From Macrostomum lignano (lineage: Eukaryota), in the NCBI GenBank assembly GCA_002269645.1, contig NIVC01002798.1, positions 1-35,290 on the forward strand: a stretch of DNA of 35,290 nt, given 5' to 3'. How positions within the stretch are numbered: position 1 is the stretch's first letter; the number at the start of each line of letters is the position of its first letter. Under the pieces are notes generated by a model that did no database searches, had not been told where the DNA came from, and was given only the letters and a program-made list of their open reading frames with translations. This document shows, one piece after another, positions 1-15,623 of this stretch. Made by a program: the position numbers and the translations under genes.

Positions 1-3000
1 AATCCATTCTATTCCTTCATCCCTGATGGCTATAGATTAGCAATCCATTCTATTCCTTCAACCCTGATGGCTATAGATTAGCAATCCATTCTATTCCTTC
101 ATCCCTGATGGCTATAGATTAGCAATCCATTCTATTCCTTCATCCCTGATGGCTATAGATTAGCAATCCATTCTATTCCTTCATCCCTGATGGCTATAGA
201 TTAGCAATCCATTCTATTCCTTCATCCGTGATGGCTATAGATTAGCAATCCATTCTATTCCTTCATCCGTGATGGCTATAGATTAGCAATCCATTCTATT
301 CCTTCATCCCTGATGGCTATAGATTAGCAATCCATTCTATTCCTTCATCCGTGATGGCTATAGATTAGCAATCCATTCTATTCCTTCATCCGTGATGGCT
401 ATAGATTAGCAATCCATTCTATTCCTTCATCCGTGATGGCTATAGATTAGCAATCCATTCTATTCCTTCATCCCTGATGGAGCTATAGATTAGCAATCCA
501 TTCTATTCCTTCATCCCTGATGGAGCTATAGATTAGCAATCCATTCTATTCCTTCATCCTGATGGCTATAGATTAGCAATCCATTCTATTCCTTCATCCC
601 TGTGATGGCTATAGATTAGCAATCCATTCTATTCCTTCATCCCTGATGGCTATAGATTAGCAATCCATTCTATTCCTTCATCCCTGATGGCTATAGATTA
701 GCAATCCATTCTATTCCTTCAACCCTGATGGCTATAGATTAGCAATCCATTCTATTCCTTCATCCCTGTGATGGCTATAGATTAGCAATCCATTCTATTC
801 CTTCATCCCTGATGGCTATAGATTAGCAATCCATTCTATTCCTTCATCCTGATGGCTATAGATTAGCAATCCATTCTATTCCTTCATCCTGATGGCTATA
901 GATTAGCAATCCATTCTATTCCTTCATCCCTGATGGCTATAGATTAGCAATCCATTCTATTCCTTCATCCTGTGATGGCTATAGATTAGCAATCCATTCT
1001 ATTCCTTCATCCCTGATGGCTATAGATTAGCAATCCATTCTATTCCTTCATCCCTGATGGCTATAGATTAGCAATCCATTCTATTCCTTCATCCTGATGG
1101 CTATAGATTAGCAATCCATTCTATTCCTTCATCCCTGATGGCTATAGATTAGCAATCCATTCTATTCCTTCATCCCTGATGGCTATAGATTAGCAATCCA
1201 TTCTATTCCTTCATCCTGATGGCTATAGATTAGCAATCCATTCTATTCCTTCATCCTGATGGCTATAGATTAGCAATCCATTCTATTCCTTCATCCGTGA
1301 TGGCTATAGATTAGCAATCCATTCTATTCCTTCATCCTGTGATGGCTATAGATTAGCAATCCATTCTATTCCTTCATCCCTGATGGCTATAGATTAGCAA
1401 TCCATTCTATTCCTTCATCCCTGATGGCTATAGATTAGCAATCCATTCTATTCCTTCATCCCTGATGGCTATAGATTAGCAATCCATTCTATTCCTTCAT
1501 CCCTGATGGCTATAGATTAGCAATCCATTCTATTCCTTCATCCCTGATGGCTATAGATTAGCAATCCATTCTATTCCTTCATCCGTGATGGCTATAGATT
1601 AGCAATCCATTCTATTCCTTCATCCCTGATGGCTATAGATTAGCAATCCATTCTATTCCTTCATCCGTGATGGCTATAGATTAGCAATCCATTCTATTCC
1701 TTCATCCGTGATGGCTATAGATTAGCAATCCATTCTATTCCTTCATCTGTGATGGCTATAGATTAGCAATCCATTCTATTCCTTCATCCCTGATGGCTAT
1801 AGATTAGCAATCCATTCTATTCCTTCATCCCTGATGGCTATAGATTAGCAATCCATTCTATTCCTTCATCCCTGATGGCTATAGATTAGCAATCCATTCT
1901 ATTCCTTCATCCGTGATGGCTATAGATTAGCAATCCATTCTATTCCTTCATCCCTGATGGCTATAGATTAGCAATCCATTCTATTCCTTCATCCTGTGAT
2001 GGCTATAGATTAGCAATCCATTCTATTCCTTCATCCTGATGGCTATAGATTAGCAATCCATTCTATTCCTTCATCCGTGATGGCTATAGATTAGCAATCC
2101 ATTCTATTCCTTCATCCTGATGGCTATAGATTAGCAATCCATTCTATTCCTTCATCCTGATGGCTATAGATTAGCAATCCATTCTATTCCTTCATCCCTG
2201 ATGGCTATAGATTAGCAATCCATTCTATTCCTTCATCCGTGATGGCTATAGATTAGCAATCCATTCTATTCCTTCATCCGTGATGGCTATAGATTAGCAA
2301 TCCATTCTATTCCTTCATCCTGTGATGGCTATAGATTAGCAATCCATTCTATTCCTTCATCCCTGATGGCTATAGATTAGCAATCCATTCTATTCCTTCA
2401 TCCGTGATGGCTATAGATTAGCAATCCATTCTATTCCTTCATCCGTGATGGCTATAGATTAGCAATCCATTCTATTCCTTCATCCCTGATGGCTATAGAT
2501 TAGCAATCCATTCTATTCCTTCATCCCTGATGGCTATAGATTAGCAATCCATTCTATTCCTTCATCCCTGATGGCTATAGATTAGCAATCCATTCTATTC
2601 CTTCATCCGTGATGGCTATAGATTAGCAATCCATTCTATTCCTTCATCCCTGATGGCTATAGATTAGCAATCCATTCTATTCCTTCATCCGTGATGGCTA
2701 TAGATTAGCAATCCATTCTATTCCTTCATCCCTGATGGCTATAGATTAGCAATCCATTCTATTCCTTCATCCGTGATGGCTATAGATTAGCAATCCATTC
2801 TATTCCTTCATCCGTGATGGCTATAGATTAGCAATCCATTCTATTCCTTCATCCTGATGGCTATAGATTAGCAATCCATTCTATTCCTTCATCCCTGATG
2901 GCTATAGATTAGCAATCCATTCTATTCCTTCATCCCTGATGGCTATAGATTAGCAATCCATTCTATTCCTTCATCCCTGATGGCTATAGATTAGCAATCC

Positions 3001-6000
3001 ATTCTATTCCTTCATCCCTGATGGCTATAGATTAGCAATCCATTCTATTCCTTCATCCCTGATGGCTATAGATTAGCAATCCATTCTATTCCTTCATCCC
3101 TGATGGCTATAGATTAGCAATCCATTCTATTCCTTCATCCCTGATGGCTATAGATTAGCAATCCATTCTATTCCTTCATCCCTGATGGCTATAGATTAGC
3201 AATCCATTCTATTCCTTCATCCCTGATGGCTATAGATTAGCAATCCATTCTATTCCTTCATCCCTGATGGCTATAGATTAGCAATCCATTCTATTCCTTC
3301 ATCCGTGATGGCTATAGATTAGCAATCCATTCTATTCCTTCATCCTGATGGCTATAGATTAGCAATCCATTCTATTCCTTCATCCCTGATGGCTATAGAT
3401 TAGCAATCCATTCTATTCCTTCATCCCTGATGGCTATAGATTAGCAATCCATTCTATTCCTTCATCCGTGATGGCTATAGATTAGCAATCCATTCTATTC
3501 CTTCATCCGTGATGGCTATAGATTAGCAATCCATTCTATTCCTTCATCCCTGATGGCTATAGATTAGCAATCCATTCTATTCCTTCATCCCTGATGGCTA
3601 TAGATTAGCAATCCATTCTATTCCTTCATCCCTGATGGCTATAGATTAGCAATCCATTCTATTCCTTCATCCGTGATGGCTATAGATTAGCAATCCATTC
3701 TATTCCTTCATCCGTGATGGCTATAGATTAGCAATCCATTCTATTCCTTCATCCTGTGATGGCTATAGATTAGCAATCCATTCTATTCCTTCATCCCTGA
3801 TGGCTATAGATTAGCAATCCATTCTATTCCTTCATCCCTGATGGCTATAGATTAGCAATCCATTCTATTCCTTCATCCCTGATGGCTATAGATTAGCAAT
3901 CCATTCTATTCCTTCATCCGTGATGGCTATAGATTAGCAATCCATTCTATTCCTTCATCCTGATGGCTATAGATTAGCAATCCATTCTATTCCTTCATCC
4001 TGTGATGGCTATAGATTAGCAATCCATTCTATTCCTTCATCCCTGATGGCTATAGATTAGCAATCCATTCTATTCCTTCATCCGTGATGGCTATAGATTA
4101 GCAATCCATTCTATTCCTTCATCCGTGATGGCTATAGATTAGCAATCCATTCTATTCCTTCATCCTGATGGCTATAGATTAGCAATCCATTCTATTCCTT
4201 CATCCCTGATGGCTATAGATTAGCAATCCATTCTATTCCTTCATCCCTGATGGCTATAGATTAGCAATCCATTCTATTCCTTCATCCCTGATGGCTATAG
4301 ATTAGCAATCCATTCTATTCCTTCATCCCTGATGGCTATAGATTAGCAATCCATTCTATTCCTTCATCCCTGATGGCTATAGATTAGCAATCCATTCTAT
4401 TCCTTCATCCCTGTGATGGCTATAGATTAGCAATCCATTCTATTCCTTCATCCCTGATGGCTATAGATTAGCAATCCATTCTATTCCTTCATCCCTGATG
4501 GCTATAGATTAGCAATCCATTCTATTCCTTCATCCTGATGGCTATAGATTAGCAATCCATTCTATTCCTTCATCCCTGATGGCTATAGATTAGCAATCCA
4601 TTCTATTCCTTCATCCCTGATGGCTATAGATTAGCAATCCATTCTATTCCTTCATCCCTGATGGCTATAGATTAGCAATCCATTCTATTCCTTCATCCCT
4701 GATGGCTATAGATTAGCAATCCATTCTATTCCTTCATCCCTGATGGCTATAGATTAGCAATCCATTCTATTCCTTCATCCTGTGATGGCTATAGATTAGC
4801 AATCCATTCTATTCCTTCATCCCTGATGGCTATAGATTAGCAATCCATTCTATTCCTTCATCCCTGATGGCTATAGATTAGCAATCCATTCTATTCCTTC
4901 ATCCGTGATGGCTATAGATTAGCAATCCATTCTATTCCTTCATCCCTGATGGCTATAGATTAGCAATCCATTCTATTCCTTCATCCCTGATGGCTATAGA
5001 TTAGCAATCCATTCTATTCCTTCATCCTGATGGCTATAGATTAGCAATCCATTCTATTCCTTCATCCCTGATGGCTATAGATTAGCAATCCATTCTATTC
5101 CTTCATCCCTGATGGCTATAGATTAGCAATCCATTCTATTCCTTCATCCTGATGGCTATAGATTAGCAATCCATTCTATTCCTTCATCCTGATGGCTATA
5201 GATTAGCAATCCATTCTATTCCTTCATCCGTGATGGCTATAGATTAGCAATCCATTCTATTCCTTCATCCGTGATGGCTATAGATTAGCAATCCATTCTA
5301 TTCCTTCATCCGTGATGGCTATAGATTAGCAATCCATTCTATTCCTTCATCCCTGATGGCTATAGATTAGCAATCCATTCTATTCCTTCATCCGTGATGG
5401 CTATAGATTAGCAATCCATTCTATTCCTTCATCCCTGATGGCTATAGATTAGCAATCCATTCTATTCCTTCATCCCTGATGGCTATAGATTAGCAATCCA
5501 TTCTATTCCTTCATCCCTGATGGCTATAGATTAGCAATCCATTCTATTCCTTCATCCCTGATGGCTATAGATTAGCAATCCATTCTATTCCTTCATCCCT
5601 GATGGCTATAGATTAGCAATCCATTCTATTCCTTCATCCCTGATGGCTATAGATTAGCAATCCATTCTATTCCTTCATCCGTGATGGCTATAGATTAGCA
5701 ATCCATTCTATTCCTTCATCCGTGATGGCTATAGATTAGCAATCCATTCTATTCCTTCATCCTGTGATGGCTATAGATTAGCAATCCATTCTATTCCTTC
5801 ATCCCTGATGGCTATAGATTAGCAATCCATTCTATTCCTTCATCCCTGATGGCTATAGATTAGCAATCCATTCTATTCCTTCATCCCTGATGGCTATAGA
5901 TTAGCAATCCATTCTATTCCTTCATCCGTGATGGCTATAGATTAGCAATCCATTCTATTCCTTCATCCGTGATGGCTATAGATTAGCAATCCATTCTATT

Positions 6001-9000
6001 CCTTCATCCCTGATGGCTATAGATTAGCAATCCATTCTATTCCTTCATCCCTGATGGCTATAGATTAGCAATCCATTCTATTCCTTCATCCGTGATGGCT
6101 ATAGATTAGCAATCCATTCTATTCCTTCATCCGTGATGGCTATAGATTAGCAATCCATTCTATTCCTTCATCCCTGATGGCTATAGATTAGCAATCCATT
6201 CTATTCCTTCATCCCTGATGGCTATAGATTAGCAATCCATTCTATTCCTTCATCCCTGATGGCTATAGATTAGCAATCCATTCTATTCCTTCATCCGTGA
6301 TGGCTATAGATTAGCAATCCATTCTATTCCTTCATCCGTGATGGCTATAGATTAGCAATCCATTCTATTCCTTCATCCTGTGATGGCTATAGATTAGCAA
6401 TCCATTCTATTCCTTCATCCCTGATGGCTATAGATTAGCAATCCATTCTATTCCTTCATCCGTGATGGCTATAGATTAGCAATCCATTCTATTCCTTCAT
6501 CCCTGATGGCTATAGATTAGCAATCCATTCTATTCCTTCATCCCTGATGGCTATAGATTAGCAATCCATTCTATTCCTTCATCCCTGATGGCTATAGATT
6601 AGCAATCCATTCTATTCCTTCATCCCTGATGGCTATAGATTAGCAATCCATTCTATTCCTTCATCCCTGATGGCTATAGATTAGCAATCCATTCTATTCC
6701 TTCATCCCTGATGGCTATAGATTAGCAATCCATTCTATTCCTTCATCCCTGATGGCTATAGATTAGCAATCCATTCTATTCCTTCATCCCTGATGGCTAT
6801 AGATTAGCAATCCATTCTATTCCTTCATCCCTGATGGCTATAGATTAGCAATCCATTCTATTCCTTCATCCTGATGGCTATAGATTAGCAATCCATTCTA
6901 TTCCTTCATCCCTGATGGCTATAGATTAGCAATCCATTCTATTCCTTCATCCCTGATGGCTATAGATTAGCAATCCATTCTATTCCTTCATCCGTGATGG
7001 CTATAGATTAGCAATCCATTCTATTCCTTCATCCGTGATGGCTATAGATTAGCAATCCATTCTATTCCTTCATCCCTGTGATGGCTATAGATTAGCAATC
7101 CATTCTATTCCTTCATCCCTGATGGCTATAGATTAGCAATCCATTCTATTCCTTCATCCGTGATGGCTATAGATTAGCAATCCATTCTATTCCTTCATCC
7201 GTGATGGCTATAGATTAGCAATCCATTCTATTCCTTCATCCCTGATGGCTATAGATTAGCAATCCATTCTATTCCTTCATCCCTGATGGCTATAGATTAG
7301 CAATCCATTCTATTCCTTCATCCGTGATGGCTATAGATTAGCAATCCATTCTATTCCTTCATCCGTGATGGCTATAGATTAGCAATCCATTCTATTCCTT
7401 CATCCTGATGGCTATAGATTAGCAATCCATTCTATTCCTTCATCCCTGATGGCTATAGATTAGCAATCCATTCTATTCCTTCATCCGTGATGGCTATAGA
7501 TTAGCAATCCATTCTATTCCTTCATCCCTGATGGCTATAGATTAGCAATCCATTCTATTCCTTCATCCGTGATGGCTATAGATTAGCAATCCATTCTATT
7601 CCTTCATCCCTGATGGCTATAGATTAGCAATCCATTCTATTCCTTCATCCCTGATGGCTATAGATTAGCAATCCATTCTATTCCTTCATCCTGATGGCTA
7701 TAGATTAGCAATCCATTCTATTCCTTCATCCGTGATGGCTATAGATTAGCAATCCATTCTATTCCTTCATCCTGATGGCTATAGATTAGCAATCCATTCT
7801 ATTCCTTCATCCTGATGGCTATAGATTAGCAATCCATTCTATTCCTTCATCCCTGATGGCTATAGATTAGCAATCCATTCTATTCCTTCATCCCTGATGG
7901 CTATAGATTAGCAATCCATTCTATTCCTTCATCCGTGATGGCTATAGATTAGCAATCCATTCTATTCCTTCATCCTGATGGCTATAGATTAGCAATCCAT
8001 TCTATTCCTTCATCCTGATGGCTATAGATTAGCAATCCATTCTATTCCTTCATCCCTGATGGCTATAGATTAGCAATCCATTCTATTCCTTCATCCGTGA
8101 TGGCTATAGATTAGCAATCCATTCTATTCCTTCATCCTGATGGCTATAGATTAGCAATCCATTCTATTCCTTCATCCGTGATGGCTATAGATTAGCAATC
8201 CATTCTATTCCTTCATCCCTGATGGCTATAGATTAGCAATCCATTCTATTCCTTCATCCGTGATGGCTATAGATTAGCAATCCATTCTATTCCTTCATCC
8301 CTGATGGCTATAGATTAGCAATCCATTCTATTCCTTCATCCGTGATGGCTATAGATTAGCAATCCATTCTATTCCTTCATCCGTGATGGCTATAGATTAG
8401 CAATCCATTCTATTCCTTCATCCTGATGGCTATAGATTAGCAATCCATTCTATTCCTTCATCCCTGATGGCTATAGATTAGCAATCCATTCTATTCCTTC
8501 ATCCCTGATGGCTATAGATTAGCAATCCATTCTATTCCTTCATCCGTGATGGCTATAGATTAGCAATCCATTCTATTCCTTCATCCTGATGGCTATAGAT
8601 TAGCAATCCATTCTATTCCTTCATCCTGATGGCTATAGATTAGCAATCCATTCTATTCCTTCATCCCTGATGGCTATAGATTAGCAATCCATTCTATTCC
8701 TTCATCCGTGATGGCTATAGATTAGCAATCCATTCTATTCCTTCATCCTGATGGCTATAGATTAGCAATCCATTCTATTCCTTCATCCCTGATGGCTATA
8801 GATTAGCAATCCATTCTATTCCTTCATCCGTGATGGCTATAGATTAGCAATCCATTCTATTCCTTCATCCCTGATGGCTATAGATTAGCAATCCATTCTA
8901 TTCCTTCATCCGTGATGGCTATAGATTAGCAATCCATTCTATTCCTTCATCCGTGATGGCTATAGATTAGCAATCCATTCTATTCCTTCATCCCTGATGG

Positions 9001-12000
9001 CTATAGATTAGCAATCCATTCTATTCCTTCATCCCTGATGGCTATAGATTAGCAATCCATTCTATTCCTTCATCCCTGATGGCTATAGATTAGCAATCCA
9101 TTCTATTCCTTCATCCGTGATGGCTATAGATTAGCAATCCATTCTATTCCTTCATCCGTGATGGCTATAGATTAGCAATCCATTCTATTCCTTCATCCGT
9201 GATGGCTATAGATTAGCAATCCATTCTATTCCTTCATCCGTGATGGCTATAGATTAGCAATCCATTCTATTCCTTCATCCCTGATGGCTATAGATTAGCA
9301 ATCCATTCTATTCCTTCATCCTGATGGCTATAGATTAGCAATCCATTCTATTCCTTCATCCTGATGGCTATAGATTAGCAATCCATTCTATTCCTTCATC
9401 CCTGATGGCTATAGATTAGCAATCCATTCTATTCCTTCATCCGTGATGGCTATAGATTAGCAATCCATTCTATTCCTTCATCCCTGATGGCTATAGATTA
9501 GCAATCCATTCTATTCCTTCATCCGTGATGGCTATAGATTAGCAATCCATTCTATTCCTTCATCCTGATGGCTATAGATTAGCAATCCATTCTATTCCTT
9601 CATCCCTGATGGCTATAGATTAGCAATCCATTCTATTCCTTCATCCCTGATGGCTATAGATTAGCAATCCATTCTATTCCTTCATCCGTGATGGCTATAG
9701 ATTAGCAATCCATTCTATTCCTTCATCCCTGATGGCTATAGATTAGCAATCCATTCTATTCCTTCATCCGTGATGGCTATAGATTAGCAATCCATTCTAT
9801 TCCTTCATCCTGATGGCTATAGATTAGCAATCCATTCTATTCCTTCATCCCTGATGGCTATAGATTAGCAATCCATTCTATTCCTTCATCCGTGATGGCT
9901 ATAGATTAGCAATCCATTCTATTCCTTCATCCCTGATGGCTATAGATTAGCAATCCATTCTATTCCTTCATCCCTGATGGCTATAGATTAGCAATCCATT
10001 CTATTCCTTCATCCCTGATGGCTATAGATTAGCAATCCATTCTATTCCTTCATCCCTGATGGCTATAGATTAGCAATCCATTCTATTCCTTCATCCCTGA
10101 TGGCTATAGATTAGCAATCCATTCTATTCCTTCATCCCTGATGGCTATAGATTAGCAATCCATTCTATTCCTTCATCCCTGATGGCTATAGATTAGCAAT
10201 CCATTCTATTCCTTCATCCCTGATGGCTATAGATTAGCAATCCATTCTATTCCTTCATCCCTGATGGCTATAGATTAGCAATCCATTCTATTCCTTCATC
10301 CCTGATGGCTATAGATTAGCAATCCATTCTATTCCTTCATCCCTGATGGCTATAGATTAGCAATCCATTCTATTCCTTCATCCCTGATGGCTATAGATTA
10401 GCAATCCATTCTATTCCTTCATCCGTGATGGCTATAGATTAGCAATCCATTCTATTCCTTCATCCGTGATGGCTATAGATTAGCAATCCATTCTATTCCT
10501 TCATCCGTGATGGCTATAGATTAGCAATCCATTCTATTCCTTCATCCGTGATGGCTATAGATTAGCAATCCATTCTATTCCTTCATCCGTGATGGCTATA
10601 GATTAGCAATCCATTCTATTCCTTCATCCCTGATGGCTATAGATTAGCAATCCATTCTATTCCTTCATCCCTGATGGCTATAGATTAGCAATCCATTCTA
10701 TTCCTTCATCCCTGATGGCTATAGATTAGCAATCCATTCTATTCCTTCATCCGTGATGGCTATAGATTAGCAATCCATTCTATTCCTTCATCCGTGATGG
10801 CTATAGATTAGCAATCCATTCTATTCCTTCATCCGTGATGGCTATAGATTAGCAATCCATTCTATTCCTTCATCCCTGATGGCTATAGATTAGCAATCCA
10901 TTCTATTCCTTCATCCCTGATGGCTATAGATTAGCAATCCATTCTATTCCTTCATCCCTGATGGCTATAGATTAGCAATCCATTCTATTCCTTCATCCCT
11001 GATGGCTATAGATTAGCAATCCATTCTATTCCTTCATCCGTGATGGCTATAGATTAGCAATCCATTCTATTCCTTCATCCCTGATGGCTATAGATTAGCA
11101 ATCCATTCTATTCCTTCATCCCTGATGGCTATAGATTAGCAATCCATTCTATTCCTTCATCCCTGATGGCTATAGATTAGCAATCCATTCTATTCCTTCA
11201 TCCCTGATGGCTATAGATTAGCAATCCATTCTATTCCTTCATCCCTGATGGCTATAGATTAGCAATCCATTCTATTCCTTCATCCCTGATGGCTATAGAT
11301 TAGCAATCCATTCTATTCCTTCATCCCTGATGGCTATAGATTAGCAATCCATTCTATTCCTTCATCCCTGATGGCTATAGATTAGCAATCCATTCTATTC
11401 CTTCATCCCTGATGGCTATAGATTAGCAATCCATTCTATTCCTTCATCCCTGATGGCTATAGATTAGCAATCCATTCTATTCCTTCATCCCTGATGGCTA
11501 TAGATTAGCAATCCATTCTATTCCTTCATCCCTGATGGCTATAGATTAGCAATCCATTCTATTCCTTCATCCCTGATGGCTATAGATTAGCAATCCATTC
11601 TATTCCTTCATCCCTGATGGCTATAGATTAGCAATCCATTCTATTCCTTCATCCCTGATGGCTATAGATTAGCAATCCATTCTATTCCTTCATCCCTGAT
11701 GGCTATAGATTAGCAATCCATTCTATTCCTTCATCCCTGATGGCTATAGATTAGCAATCCATTCTATTCCTTCATCCCTGATGGCTATAGATTAGCAATC
11801 CATTCTATTCCTTCATCCCTGATGGCTATAGATTAGCAATCCATTCTATTCCTTCATCCCTGATGGCTATAGATTAGCAATCCATTCTATTCCTTCATCC
11901 CTGATGGCTATAGATTAGCAATCCATTCTATTCCTTCATCCCTGATGGCTATAGATTAGCAATCCATTCTATTCCTTCATCCCTGATGGCTATAGATTAG

Positions 12001-15000
12001 CAATCCATTCTATTCCTTCATCCGTGATGGCTATAGATTAGCAATCCATTCTATTCCTTCATCCCTGATGGCTATAGATTAGCAATCCATTCTATTCCTT
12101 CATCCCTGATGGCTATAGATTAGCAATCCATTCTATTCCTTCATCCCTGATGGCTATAGATTAGCAATCCATTCTATTCCTTCATCCCTGATGGCTATAG
12201 ATTAGCAATCCATTCTATTCCTTCATCCCTGATGGCTATAGATTAGCAATCCATTCTATTCCTTCATCCCTGATGGCTATAGATTAGCAATCCATTCTAT
12301 TCCTTCATCCCTGATGGCTATAGATTAGCAATCCATTCTATTCCTTCATCCCTGATGGCTATAGATTAGCAATCCATTCTATTCCTTCATCCGTGATGGC
12401 TATAGATTAGCAATCCATTCTATTCCTTCATCCGTGATGGCTATAGATTAGCAATCCATTCTATTCCTTCATCCCTGATGGCTATAGATTAGCAATCCAT
12501 TCTATTCCTTCATCCCTGATGGCTATAGATTAGCAATCCATTCTATTCCTTCATCCCTGATGGCTATAGATTAGCAATCCATTCTATTCCTTCATCCCTG
12601 ATGGCTATAGATTAGCAATCCATTCTATTCCTTCATCCCTGATGGCTATAGATTAGCAATCCATTCTATTCCTTCATCCCTGATGGCTATAGATTAGCAA
12701 TCCATTCTATTCCTTCATCCCTGATGGCTATAGATTAGCAATCCATTCTATTCCTTCATCCCTGATGGCTATAGATTAGCAATCCATTCTATTCCTTCAT
12801 CCCTGATGGCTATAGATTAGCAATCCATTCTATTCCTTCATCCGTGATGGCTATAGATTAGCAATCCATTCTATTCCTTCATCCCTGATGGCTATAGATT
12901 AGCAATCCATTCTATTCCTTCATCCCTGATGGCTATAGATTAGCAATCCATTCTATTCCTTCATCCGTGATGGCTATAGATTAGCAATCCATTCTATTCC
13001 TTCATCCGTGATGGCTATAGATTAGCAATCCATTCTATTCCTTCATCCGTGATGGCTATAGATTAGCAATCCATTCTATTCCTTCATCCGTGATGGCTAT
13101 AGATTAGCAATCCATTCTATTCCTTCATCCGTGATGGCTATAGATTAGCAATCCATTCTATTCCTTCATCCCTGATGGCTATAGATTAGCAATCCATTCT
13201 ATTCCTTCATCCGTGATGGCTATAGATTAGCAATCCATTCTATTCCTTCATCCCTGATGGCTATAGATTAGCAATCCATTCTATTCCTTCATCCCTGATG
13301 GCTATAGATTAGCAATCCATTCTATTCCTTCATCCCTGATGGCTATAGATTAGCAATCCATTCTATTCCTTCATCCCTGATGGCTATAGATTAGCAATCC
13401 ATTCTATTCCTTCATCCCTGATGGCTATAGATTAGCAATCCATTCTATTCCTTCATCCCTGATGGCTATAGATTAGCAATCCATTCTATTCCTTCATCCC
13501 TGATGGCTATAGATTAGCAATCCATTCTATTCCTTCATCCCTGATGGCTATAGATTAGCAATCCATTCTATTCCTTCATCCCTGATGGCTATAGATTAGC
13601 AATCCATTCTATTCCTTCATCCCTGATGGCTATAGATTAGCAATCCATTCTATTCCTTCATCCCTGATGGCTATAGATTAGCAATCCATTCTATTCCTTC
13701 ATCCCTGATGGCTATAGATTAGCAATCCATTCTATTCCTTCATCCCTGATGGCTATAGATTAGCAATCCATTCTATTCCTTCATCCGTGATGGCTATAGA
13801 TTAGCAATCCATTCTATTCCTTCATCCGTGATGGCTATAGATTAGCAATCCATTCTATTCCTTCATCCCTGATGGCTATAGATTAGCAATCCATTCTATT
13901 CCTTCATCCCTGATGGCTATAGATTAGCAATCCATTCTATTCCTTCATCCGTGATGGCTATAGATTAGCAATCCATTCTATTCCTTCATCCGTGATGGCT
14001 ATAGATTAGCAATCCATTCTATTCCTTCATCCGTGATGGCTATAGATTAGCAATCCATTCTATTCCTTCATCCGTGATGGCTATAGATTAGCAATCCATT
14101 CTATTCCTTCATCCGTGATGGCTATAGATTAGCAATCCATTCTATTCCTTCATCCGTGATGGCTATAGATTAGCAATCCATTCTATTCCTTCATCCGTGA
14201 TGGCTATAGATTAGCAATCCATTCTATTCCTTCATCCGTGATGGCTATAGATTAGCAATCCATTCTATTCCTTCATCCCTGATGGCTATAGATTAGCAAT
14301 CCATTCTATTCCTTCATCCCTGATGGCTATAGATTAGCAATCCATTCTATTCCTTCATCCCTGATGGCTATAGATTAGCAATCCATTCTATTCCTTCATC
14401 CGTGATGGCTATAGATTAGCAATCCATTCTATTCCTTCATCCGTGATGGCTATAGATTAGCAATCCATTCTATTCCTTCATCCCTGATGGCTATAGATTA
14501 GCAATCCATTCTATTCCTTCATCCGTGATGGCTATAGATTAGCAATCCATTCTATTCCTTCATCCGTGATGGCTATAGATTAGCAATCCATTCTATTCCT
14601 TCATCCGTGATGGCTATAGATTAGCAATCCATTCTATTCCTTCATCCGTGATGGCTATAGATTAGCAATCCATTCTATTCCTTCATCCCTGATGGCTATA
14701 GATTAGCAATCCATTCTATTCCTTCATCCCTGATGGCTATAGATTAGCAATCCATTCTATTCCTTCATCCCTGATGGCTATAGATTAGCAATCCATTCTA
14801 TTCCTTCATCCCTGATGGCTATAGATTAGCAATCCATTCTATTCCTTCATCCCTGATGGCTATAGATTAGCAATCCATTCTATTCCTTCATCCGTGATGG
14901 CTATAGATTAGCAATCCATTCTATTCCTTCATCCCTGATGGCTATAGATTAGCAATCCATTCTATTCCTTCATCCGTGATGGCTATAGATTAGCAATCCA

Positions 15001-15623
15001 TTCTATTCCTTCATCCCTGATGGCTATAGATTAGCAATCCATTCTATTCCTTCATCCCTGATGGCTATAGATTAGCAATCCATTCTATTCCTTCATCCCT
15101 GATGGAGCTATAGATTAGCAATCCATTCTATTCCTTCATCCCTGATGGAGCTATAGATTAGCAATCCATTCTATTCCTTCATCCCTGATGGCTATAGATT
15201 AGCAATCCATTCTATTCCTTCATCCGTGATGGCTATAGATTAGCAATCCATTCTATTCCTTCATCCGTGATGGCTATAGATTAGCAATCCATTCTATTCC
15301 TTCATCCGTGATGGCTATAGATTAGCAATCCATTCTATTCCTTCATCCGTGATGGCTATAGATTAGCAATCCATTCTATTCCTTCATCCGTGATGGCTAT
15401 AGATTAGCAATCCATTCTATTCCTTCATCCGTGATGGCTATAGATTAGCAATCCATTCTATTCCTTCATCCGTGATGGCTATAGATTAGCAATCCATTCT
15501 ATTCCTTCATCCCTGATGGCTATAGATTAGCAATCCATTCTATTCCTTCATCCCTGATGGAGCTATAGATTAGCAATCCATTCTATTCCTTCATCTGCGA
15601 TGGCTATAGATTAGCAATCCATT
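1..15623 (+). repeat. 41-bp satellite array, about 380 tandem copies, runs off the 5' edge of the window
   Basis: Monomer AATCCATTCTATTCCTTCATCC[C/G]TGATGGCTATAGATTAGC repeated head-to-tail with no spacers; 40/42/43-bp indel variants; one decayed monomer at about 15624-15666. Confidence 0.99.

Noticed and set aside
1-15623. CRISPR array
   Set aside because: Units are contiguous with no unique spacers, there are no cas genes, and the context is eukaryotic.
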